Assembly (NCBI GenBank): GCA_964016885.1 | Contig: OZ024740.1 | Span: 408,146,001-408,210,000, forward strand | From: Eledone cirrhosa | Lineage: Eukaryota | DNA length: 64,000 bases | Reading direction: 5' to 3' | Part shown: positions 1 through 8,910 of the stretch, piece by piece | How the letters are laid out: the number at the start of each line of letters is the position of its first letter | How positions within the stretch are numbered: position 1 is the first letter of the stretch | Translations under genes and position numbers: made by a program | The notes under the pieces: model-generated | Told to the model about the DNA's origin: nothing | Seen by the model: only the letters and a program-made list of their open reading frames with translations | Databases searched by the model: none

Positions 1-10
1 ATAAATTTAT

Positions 11-140
11 AATTGTTTCTATTTTAGGCACAAGGCCAGCAATTACCCAGTACATTACTGGTACTTTATTTTATCGACCCCGTAAGGATGAAAGGCAAAG
101 TTAACCTCGGCGGGATTTGAACTCAGATCATCCACCGAAT
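11..140 (-). mobile_element. Meta-domain tRNA-derived SINE, partial
   Basis: Reverse complement of CTGAGTTCAAATCCCGCCGAGGTTAACTTTGCCTTTCATCCTTACGGGGTCGATAAAATAAAGTACCAG...GGCCTTGTGCCTAAAATAGAAACAATT; same sequence recurs about 10 times in the window. Confidence 0.85.
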
Positions 141-285
141 AAATTTATAAAGGTGCATAGACAGTGACATACATACATAACTTACAACTACATAAATGTA
201 AACAGACTATATATAACTCTCCGAAACATACATAAAACAATGATATGAATAGGTAAAGTAACTTGACTTTGTTGTTTTTATTTTC

Positions 286-334
286 ATATATACATATATA
301 TATATATATATACCTAATATATATATATATAAAT

Positions 335-369
<35 letters not shown>

Positions 370-422
370 AATATATATATATATAAATATATATATATAA
401 ATAAATAAATATATATATATAA

Positions 423-464
<42 letters not shown>

Positions 465-482
465 TATATATATAAATAAATA

Positions 483-518
<36 letters not shown>

Positions 519-519
519 A

Positions 520-575
<56 letters not shown>

Positions 576-592
576 ATATATATATATATATA
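286..592. repeat. Long interrupted (TA)n microsatellite
   Basis: About 300 bp of TA with TAAA interruptions; source of the YIYI ORFs. Confidence 0.97.
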
Positions 593-1486
593 CTGCGGAG
601 TACCTCCGCAAGATTGGAACATCAGTGCCCCGTCTGAGGAAGGAGCCCCGCAAGGTGGGGTGGCTGGCTATTGTTTGCAGGAGTTCTTTTGCTGTCTTGT
701 CAGCAGGGCGCAGCCTCATTGCCACCACGCCCTACACCCAGAGCCCCCCCCCCCCACACACACACTCTCTTCTGTTTGCGTGTGTGTATAGTGCTTTGTT
801 TGATGTGCGTTCGTGATTGGGTGACTGTGTATTGGTTAATGTATTCTATGTTTACTAGTGTGTGTTTATGTGTTTGTTGTTATTGTGCTTGTCTATGTAT
901 TTATTTATTTATTTATTTATCTATTTATTTATTTATTTATACTTCTCTTAGGTCAGTGTTGTTTGTTTGGATGTTGTTGTTATTCCATTCATTCTTTCTG
1001 TTTAGTCTTGGCCTTCTAAGTTCTATTTCACTGGCCTCTCTGATTTGCCTATCTGCTGGGTCATTTCTATGTTTAGATATTATTCTAATTTCTATGTTGT
1101 CTATGTTACCGTTGTGTTGTTGTCTGGCATGTTCGTATAGTACTGACCCGTTTTTTCGTCCTTTTAGTTCCCCCCAGTGTTGGTCTATCCTTTCACCTAT
1201 GCTACGAGCTGTCTCGCCTATGTATGTTGTTGTCATGTTTCTGCAAGTACCCTCTGTACATCTTATGCTATAGACTACGTTTCTAGTTTTACAGTTTATC
1301 CGGGGGTTTACCTTACATATCATACATTTCCTATTAGTACAGTGGGTTTTCTTAAAAGGGTAGGTTTTGCTGATCAGGGATTTTATGGTGGTTCCTGGCT
1401 TTTCTACCACCTTAATCTTTAAGTGGGTCTTTCTCAGGGCCTTTCTACACTGGTTAGCTAATTTCCCTCCAGGGGTAGCATCCACA
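591..1486 (-). mobile_element. Penelope-like retroelement, 5'-truncated (left arm of inverted pair)
   Basis: Encodes a C-terminal GIY-YIG domain followed by an AATAAA-rich 3' region and a GC-rich tail that ends in (TA)n; near-perfect inverted copy at 1552-2426. Confidence 0.9.
937..1485 (-). CDS. PLE ORF C-terminus: Cys-rich linker and GIY-YIG endonuclease (partial)
   Basis: CTNRKCMIC...CKTRNVVYSIRC...C...YIGETARSIGERIDQH...EH...REASEIE...RLNR matches the PLE GIY-YIG pattern (VVY/YIG, R, E, LN); no RT present. Confidence 0.88.
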   Translation of the reverse strand: MDATPGGKLANQCRKALRKTHLKIKVVEKPGTTIKSLISKTYPFKKTHCTNRKCMICKVNPRINCKTRNVVYSIRCTEGTCRNMTTTYIGETARSIGERIDQHWGELKGRKNGSVLYEHARQQHNGNIDNIEIRIISKHRNDPADRQIREASEIELRRPRLNRKNEWNNNNIQTNNTDLREV

Positions 1487-1551
1487 AAACGGGTCAGTAC
1501 TATACGAACATGCCAGACAACACAACGGTAACATAGACAACATAGAAATTA

Positions 1552-2426
1552 GAAATTAGCTAACCAGTGTAGAAAGGCCCTGAGAAAGACCCACTTAAAG
1601 ATTAAGGTGGTAGAAAAGCCAGGAACCACCATAAAATCCCTGATCAGCAAAACCTACCCTTTTAAGAAAACCCACTGTACTAATAGGAAATGTATCATAT
1701 GTAAGGTAAACCCCCGGATAAACTGTAAAACTAGAAACGTAGTCTATAGCATAAGATGTACAGAGGGTACTTGCAGAAACATGACAACAACATACATAGG
1801 CGAGACAGCTCGTAGCATAGGTGAAAGGATAGACCAACACTGGGGGGAACTAAAAGGACGAAAAAACGGGTCAGTACTATACGAACATACCAGACAACAA
1901 CACAACGGTAACATAGACAACATAGAAATTAGAATAATATCTAAACATAGAAATGACCCAGCAGATAGGCAAATCAGAGAGGCCAGTGAAATAGAACTTA
2001 AAAGGCCAAGACTAAACAGAAAGAATGAATGGAATAACAACAACACCCAAACAAACAACACTGACCTAAGAGAAGTATAAATAAATAAATAAATAGATAA
2101 ATAAATAAATAAATAAATACATAGACAAGCACAATAACAACAAACACATAAACACACACTAGTAAACATAGAATACATTAACCAATACACAGTCACCCAA
2201 TCACGAACGCACATCAAACAAAACACTATACACACACGCAAACAGAAGAGTGTGTGTGTGTGTGTGGGGGGGGCTCTGGGTGTAGGGCGTGGTGGCAATG
2301 AGGCTGCGCCCTGCTGACAAGACAGCAAAAGAACTCCTGCAAACAATAGCCAGCCACCCCACCTTGCGGGGCTCCTTCCTCAGACGGGGCACTGATGTTA
2401 CAATCTTGCGGAGGTACTCCGCAGTA
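1552..2426 (+). mobile_element. Penelope-like retroelement, 5'-truncated (right arm of inverted pair)
   Basis: Reverse complement of 591-1465 with a handful of substitutions; 3' end runs into TA repeats at 2425-2461. Confidence 0.9.
1553..2080 (+). CDS. PLE GIY-YIG endonuclease (partial, second copy)
   Basis: Same peptide as 937-1485 with M/I, A/T, R/K and I/T differences; frame open from the junction to TAA at 2078-2080. Confidence 0.88.
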   Translation, partial: KLANQCRKALRKTHLKIKVVEKPGTTIKSLISKTYPFKKTHCTNRKCIICKVNPRINCKTRNVVYSIRCTEGTCRNMTTTYIGETARSIGERIDQHWGELKGRKNGSVLYEHTRQQHNGNIDNIEIRIISKHRNDPADRQIREASEIELKRPRLNRKNEWNNNNTQTNNTDLREV

Positions 2427-2466
2427 TATATATATATGTATATATATATTTATATATATATATTTT

Positions 2467-2640
2467 AGGCAGACCTAGAAAAACCTGGGACGAGCTGATA
2501 AACTCCGACCTCACACACTTACACCTCTCCAAGACAATGTCACTGGACCGAGACCTTTGGCGGTATTCAGTAACAGAGAAGACCCGCCTTACCTAAATAC
2601 ATAGTAAAACCTACTACAGCCAGTAGGCATCTAACAAAAT
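2467..2640 (+). mobile_element. RTE LINE 3' ORF fragment
   Basis: Translates as GRPRKTWDELINSDLTHLHLSKTMSLDRDLWRYSV, matching the C-terminus of the 15314-15763 ORF. Confidence 0.8.
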
Positions 2641-3039
2641 AAACTTGTGTGTGTGCACTTGTTTCAGTATATTTATAAAAGTATGTTTATAAGTTTTTAT
2701 ATTTATTGTAACTGTGTTTCTATGGACAAGGTACATATATATTTGCATAACTACATTCCACAGTCTCCAGATCAATTAGTTTCATCACAAATTCCATAAA
2801 ATTGCATACTTTGCAGATATATTTTCTAAATATGTGCATTACAAGTTTGATGAAATAGCTTTTAAAACATTGTCACATCTTACTCATTGAAATTATCTGA
2901 AGTAACTGCAAGTATCACTCCAGATATGTTGGTGCCTTTTTTATATATATATTGGGGGGTGGGTGGGTTGATTGATCGACTTTCGTCAAATCGGACCGAG
3001 GAAACAATGTTTCCATTGGTCTTTCCAATTGCTATACTA

Positions 3040-3120
3040 TCTACGTGAAATAAAGTGTCTTGCTCAAGGACATAACGCATCACCTGGTCCAGATATTGAA
3101 CTCACAACCTCACGACAACC
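3040..3120 (-). mobile_element. CORE-SINE fragment
   Basis: GTGAAATAAAGTGTCTTGCTCAAGGA...ATTGAACTCACAACC matches the SINE at 17026-17368. Confidence 0.7.
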
Positions 3121-3126
3121 TCACTT

Positions 3127-3206
3127 ATATAGATATTTATATAGCTGTTTATATAGATATTTATATAGATATTTATATAGCTATTTATATAGCTGTTTCT
3201 ATAGAT
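3127..3206. repeat. 12-bp tandem repeat (ATATAGATATTT/ATATAGCTGTTT)
   Basis: About 6 units read directly. Confidence 0.8.
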
Positions 3207-3414
3207 GACATTGAATATAAGCTGAGCCTCTATTATATCATTTGTACTTTTGTTACACATTTTTTGGCTTATAAATGAGTTTATAACATAATTGTATTTA
3301 TCATAGTTCACTCAGCTGTCAGGAATAGGTAGCAGGAAATGTTACCTGTGATAGAAATGAATTGCATCCTAGGGAAATTTTATCCTTCTTTGGCATAATA
3401 CTATGAAAATAGAG

Positions 3415-3645
3415 CTAACCAGCATTTAAACTGGCAATATCTAACCAGAATTCTCTCACCTTTTTCTGTTCAAACCAGCTGTAACCAGCCACTCATACAG
3501 TTGTTAAGGTATTGTTCTCAAAATAAATAATATCAAAATCTAATAGATTTGATATTATGGGAGATAATTATGTGAGGTAATTATGTGATAATTAATGTGA
3601 AAATACAATAATATATATAGAGTAATGTAAATGCTAAAGGGTTAA
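3415..3645. mobile_element. piggyBac-like MITE, family A
   Basis: Ends in ...AATGCTAAAGGG-TTAA; body is the reverse complement of 34549-34786. Confidence 0.75.
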
Positions 3646-3933
3646 GGTCTCTTCTGACTACTGGAACCACTTCCACTGCATTCTACATACTTAATGTTAT
3701 TTGGGCTTTTCAATGTTTGTGAAGTTGCCATCGAGACCTTAGGTGTACTTGGACTCCATACTGTGGAGTACCTCCGCAAGATTGGAACGTCAGTGTCCCG
3801 TCTGAGGAAGGAGCCCCGCAAGGTGGTGAGGCTGGCTATTGTTTGCAGGAGTTCTTTTGCTGTCTTGTCAGCAGGGCGCAGCCTCATTGCCACCGCGCCC
3901 TAGACCCAGAGCCCATCCCCCCCACTCTTCTGT
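3646..3933 (-). mobile_element. Third copy of the PLE GC-rich tail/pLTR-like segment
   Basis: 3758-3933 is close to 591-775; it continues about 110 bp past the point where the palindrome arms end. Confidence 0.85.
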
Positions 3934-4176
3934 GACCTTAGAGCCCTTGCCTTTCTCTTTTTCTGTTTTTTAAAAATATTTTCTTATTTTACATTCCATT
4001 CTTTCTTCTCATACTAATGGAGGTAAATGTAATGTTTATATATCATCATCATCATCATTTAACATCTATTTTTCCATGCTTGCATGGGTTTAACATTGAT
4101 TTTCCATCCAAGCATGGAAAATAGACATCAAATGGGGATTATGATAGTGATGATATATATATATATATATATATAT

Positions 4177-4566
4177 GAACTAAATGAAGCTGCTAATAGA
4201 TCTGATATGACATATACATATTATCCTACTCAAGGAAATCTATACATTGTGGATTTTGATGAAAACAGCTCTTCTAGTGGAGTGCTTAAAAGTAGAACTT
4301 TTATAAAGCCTCAATTGAAAAAGTAGCTACTGAATGAATCTTCCTCTTCACTTGTTGATGACAAAATTTAATCAAATGAGGGAAAATGTTCCTCTCCAGA
4401 TATACTTGAGAAATCAAAGAAAGAAAAAATGGATGATATTTTAACAAAAGATGATGACAGCAGCAATGAAGTGAAAGTAGCAGTGGATGAGTAGAACTTT
4501 GATACAAACAAGTTGTTGTCGGTGGTTTCCCTTGCCACTGACCTACTAAAGCTCAAGAGTAATTAA
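4177..4566 (+). pseudogene. Decayed coding remnant of unknown origin
   Basis: One frame reads as about 130 protein-like acidic/Ser-rich codons broken only by three internal TAG/TAA codons (...FIKPQLKK*LLNESSSSLVDDKI*SNEGKCSSPDILEKSKKEKMDDILTKDDDSSNEVKVAVDE*NFD...). Confidence 0.4.
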
Positions 4567-5405
4567 AAAAGTTTGTTTTAATTGTGCAGCTCATTGGCTG
4601 CAATACCATACTGTATATATGTGTGTGTATCAAGTAGTTAGGTTGTCGTGGGTGATAAATTGTTGATGTTATTGGTCGTGTTGGTTTGTTCGATTGTTGG
4701 TTTGTTACTTACTTGTTGATTGCTCTGTGATGTGGTCACCATTGTGTAGAGTGTAGGCAAAGGAAGATTGATGTGCCTGTGTGTGGGTGTGCAAGTGAGT
4801 AACAGATTTGATTATAATGATGATGATGTGATGGTTCCTTGAATAAGTGATTTACCCTGATACCATAGGTAAATAAAAAATATATAAACTAAAATCGCTA
4901 TGTTAATAATTTTATTACACAATAACCTGCTATGGGGTGATAACAGGAAAACAAAGATATTCACAGTTGTGTTGTTGGATGTTGTATAATTGTGTAAGCG
5001 AGTATCTGATTGATGATTACATTGCTCTGTTTTTGCTGGACAAATTGTGTCTACCTTGACAGACAAGGGCAGACTGAATTTGATGAAGCCATAGCTATCT
5101 CTGAATTATCTCACATGATCTCCAGTTGGCCATTTTCCAGATAAGCTGGGGATAGAATATCTAGAATATCTAAAAAGGTCAACATGTATGGTCACAATGA
5201 CCTATTTAGCGACCCTGAGAACAAAAGTTCAAATTACTGCTACAAGGTTTTATATAAATAAACCTTTATTTAAATAAATAATTTTCACATTTCTCCAATT
5301 TTTAGCACTCTATATATCAGTATTCCAGAGTATGTGTAGATGTGCTAGTTGTGAATGTTCTTGTGATAGTATTATGTAGTTATCACCCTTGGTATGTTGC
5401 CTTGG

Positions 5406-5530
5406 ATATATTCTGACGAGTTTTTTCTTTCTGTATACTGAATTTAATTATCACAATGACAATTAATGGTGAAAATTACATTTTATTGCTTGAGTTTAAC
5501 TGAGAAAAAAAAACGAAATGCGTAAAAGAT
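5406..5530 (+). ncRNA. Degenerate minimal type I hammerhead ribozyme with extended stem II (PLE-type)
   Basis: CTGACGA at 5413, stem GTTTTTT...AAAAAAC, then GAAAT-GC-GTA at 5515-5524; stem I is poor; followed by AATAAG and TA/TG repeats. Confidence 0.5.
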
Positions 5531-5656
5531 TGTAGAAAATTATGCTACTGAATAAGAATTATATATGTTATGTGTGTGTGTATATATATATGTGTGTGTG
5601 TGTTAAGTAGAAAAGGTAACGAAAAGAAGAGTGCTCTATGTATTGTACTGTGTTAT

Positions 5657-5980
5657 GAGTATTGGCCTTGCAATCGAAAGGTTGTGAGTTCAATTCTCAG
5701 ACTGGGTGATGTGTTGTTTCCTTGAGCAAGACACTTTATTTCACATTGCTCCAGTTTACTCAGCTGTAGAAATGAGATGATAGGGACTGGGGTCCATATC
5801 ATTCCACTGCAAAGTGGTCGTGGAGGTGCCAAGGCAAAAAAGCACCCAGCACTCACTGTAAATGAGGTTGGTGTTAGGAAGGGCATCCAGCTGTAGAAAT
5901 CAAGCCATAATCAGTTCCCGCCCCACCCTTGCAAGCAGGGAAAAAGCGGACGTAAAATGAAATGATGATGATGAATGATG
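5657..5980 (+). mobile_element. tRNA-CORE SINE with RTE-derived tail (5' end clipped)
   Basis: B-box GAGTTCAATTCTC, CORE-like CCTTGAGCAAGACACTT, RTE 3'UTR segment, (ATG)n tail. Confidence 0.9.
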
Positions 5981-6068
5981 AATAAACAACACAATATAAT
6001 TATTTCTTTACTGAAGGTTTCATGAAACTAGATGATTCTTGCAATCTAGTTCAATCCTCAGACAAATA

Positions 6069-6076
6069 ATTATATG

Positions 6077-6156
<80 letters not shown>
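6069..6156. repeat. (TA)n microsatellite
   Basis: Direct reading. Confidence 0.95.
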
Positions 6157-6159
<3 letters not shown>

Positions 6160-6796
6160 CACCCTGTAAGGTGGTCATGTTGGTGACGCAAAAAAAAAAT
6201 CGAAACATCCAGTCTACCCTGTAAAGTGGTTGTACTGGTGACATGACAAAAAGTGTTCAGTCTACCCTGTAAGGTGGTTGTGCTGGTGACACAACAAAAA
6301 GTACCTTGTCTGTATATGTGTGTGTAGGTGGGGGTGTATTCATATATATTTATTCATATACACACATATACATATATATATACATACATGCATATATACA
6401 CGTATATACACAAGCTCAACATAGACACACATACACATATACACCATTTGAAATACTGCCTTCTGAGTGGTTTTCTGTTAGTGCAATCTTATGTGTGTGT
6501 GTGTGTATGCATACATGTACATGCATATGTTTTATAATTTATCTGTCCATGTATACAAATGTATGAGAAGGGAATATTACAATTTTGCTGTGTAAATGAT
6601 ACAAACTTGCACTGACATATTTTGTCTTGCAGTTTATTCAATTTAATATGGCAACATTTGTTCTTTACATAGTGGTAACTTAATTCAGCAAAAATGGGAT
6701 ATGAACCAGTAATAAGCAGAAGCTATTTATTTCATACCTATAAGTGATCCTGATAGAAGATATTTGCAACATATATCTTTGGAGATTACCTCTGTT

Positions 6797-7142
6797 ATCA
6801 TCATCATCATCATTCATCATCCATTTTGCATGCTAGCATGGGTTAGACAGGTTGTCCCATTAGAGGTAAGTTGGGTCAGGTGACTGTGTCTTGCTCATAT
6901 AGAACTGTTTCTGGCTAGGTTTCTATTGATGGATATTGTCATGCCTCCTACATGACCACTTTACAGTGAGTACTGGGTGCTTTTTGTCATGACACCTACA
7001 CGACCACTTTACAGTGAGTACTGATTGCTTTTTGTTGTGACACCTACACGCCCAATTTACAGTTTGGGCTGGGTGCTTTTTGTCGTGACACCTACAGAAC
7101 CACTTTACAGTGTGGGCTGGGTCCTTTTTGTTGTGACACCTA
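6797..7142 (-). mobile_element. RTE 3'UTR fragment with ~44-bp tandem units
   Basis: (CAT)n tail, CATGCTAGCATGGGTTAGAC terminus, and about 4-5 units of GACCACTTTACAGTG...GGGTGCTTTTTGTC.TGACACCTAC. Confidence 0.8.
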
Positions 7143-8004
7143 TTATATATTTTATTAGAGATAAGAGCTTCATGGAGTCAATTGTTGTGTAACTTAGTAA
7201 GTTCTTGAGACATAATTGAAAATGATTATAATTTATTGAATGCACAATGTTAAATTGCATGAAAGCCAGAACACAATTGAGTTAAGAGAGGAGCTGATTA
7301 TTAAAGTCATTGGCCAATATATATGGAAAAGATGATGGGATTGCTGAGGAAAACATGTTATGTGCTGTCTGTTGAGAGAACTCATGACAAGAAAAAGATG
7401 TAGAAGACATACAAAGAGATAATGATTATTCTCAGATGAGATTTTAAAAAAAAAAGTTTAACCAGTAGTAATTAGGTATATATATATATATATATATATA
7501 TATGTTTTTTTTTCAAGATAACTACAAATTATTCAATATACAAAATTTCCCAATGTCATGAATGGCCACTGACATTATAATTGAGACCTGTTTAGCCTAT
7601 GTCAGCTTGATTGAGATGACTGTCAAAATGTGTTGTAGTGAGAAGATAAAATAGTTGAGGAACAAAGAAAATGTAATTATTTCAAAGAAAAAATATATAT
7701 TTAAAAACACATTCTTAGTCCACTGCCTCTGCAGAATGTATTTAAATTGTTGGATGTATTACTGACCTATTGAGTATTTTATTCACCCAGTTCATTAATT
7801 TAGACAAAACATAGCAGATTCATTATACCAGTCTATTACTATTAATTGTTTTAATATCTAACTAAAAATAGGAATTGCTTATCTTCCTATTTCTCATTAA
7901 TTAAGGTAAATGGCTTTATTCGTATTAAGATGAAAGGCTGTGAACCCTGACAAAAATCAACTTCAAGATCCTAAAGCTCTTATTTTGACAGCCAGTTGCC
8001 ATGT

Positions 8005-8152
8005 TATCATCTTCTTTCATCATCATCATCATCATCATCACCGTTTTATGTCCGTTCTTCCACGCTAGCATGGGTTAGACGGGTTGTCCTGTTGTGAGCA
8101 GTGACTGGTCGGCTGACCATGCCTTGCTCATACAGGAACTGATTTGGCTTCT
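8005..8152 (-). mobile_element. RTE 3' end fragment
   Basis: Nearly identical to 12117-12260 including the (CAT)n tail. Confidence 0.85.
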
Positions 8153-8289
8153 TTACTAATAAAAATGTTTATATTATATAACAGTATCCAGCAAACCTTC
8201 AACTCTGTAAAGTAAAGTCTCTCACTGTGAAAGCAATATAAACACATGCATTGGTAATGCTTGGGGTGCCATCAACAAGTTATTTCTAG

Positions 8290-8910
8290 TGTGGAAATAT
8301 AGACTTCCAGTCATGAAAAGGGGCCTCTTTCAAGCAACTGTTACCTCTGTTCTATTGTATGGTTGCTCAGCATGGACCCTTATCTCAAAAATAGGAAGAA
8401 GATAAAATGGAGCCTACACTCACATGCTAAGAGTGGCTTTGAATGTCACTTGGAGAGATTGTCTGGCTAATGAGTGGCTGTATGAGAGCCTTCATCCAGT
8501 ATCAGACATCATCAAAGAGCATACAGTTAGATTCAAAGGTTATGCTAAAGATGAAATTGTTAGTGAAGTTCTTCTGTGCGAGCCTACACAAGGAAGAGCT
8601 ATCAGATGATGACAAGCCAAGACCTATATTAAGCAGATTTGTGATGATACAAACTGTAAATGTGGTTGGTGTTAGGAAGGGCATCCAGCTATAGAAAACC
8701 TGCCAGATACAGTCCTATATGAGCGAGACACGGTCACCTGATCAATCTTGCCTCAAGTGGGACAATTTCTCGTCTAACCCATGCTAGTGTGGAAGATGGA
8801 CATTAAATGATGATGATGATGATAAACTGCAATCTCTCTGACGTATCAAATATGATGAGCAATAGAATTGGATGGTGACAGGGAGTCAAAGGAAACTGCA
8901 AGCTGTGCAA
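8290..8910 (+). mobile_element. Old non-LTR (RTE/RTE-X-like) RT C-terminal remnant interrupted by an RTE tail
   Basis: LLYGCSAWTL...GAYTHMLRVALNVTW...LY...AKDEIVSEVLL.EPTQGR; a younger RTE 3' end at 8653-8823 is flanked by AAACTG on both sides. Confidence 0.65.

Noticed and set aside
145-728. YIYI-rich ORFs (also 6020-6244, 53746-54064)
   Set aside because: Translations of (TA)n microsatellites.
2296-2340. Possible SECIS element (ATGA...AA) in the PLE tail
   Set aside because: Spacing and the GA quartet do not fit, there is no in-frame TGA in the ORF, and the endonuclease is C-terminal, unlike selenoprotein-coding Naiad PLEs.
671-2346. 200-aa hydrophobic/Cys-rich ORFs (671-1273 +, 1744-2346 -)
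   Set aside because: Antisense shadows of the PLE GIY-YIG ORF and its A-rich UTR.
3348-3370. 23-nt minus-strand micro-exon (TTTCCCTAG|...CAG|GTAACA)
   Set aside because: Short pyrimidine tract with purine-rich upstream sequence; expected by chance in 64 kb.
5653-5886. Recurrent ~79-aa ORF MPFLTPTSFTVSAG... (also 36632, 43984)
   Set aside because: Antisense reading of the multi-copy SINE, not a gene family.
6940-7142. CRISPR-like repeat array
   Set aside because: Units are contiguous degenerate tandem repeats with no unique spacers, inside an RTE 3'UTR in eukaryotic DNA.
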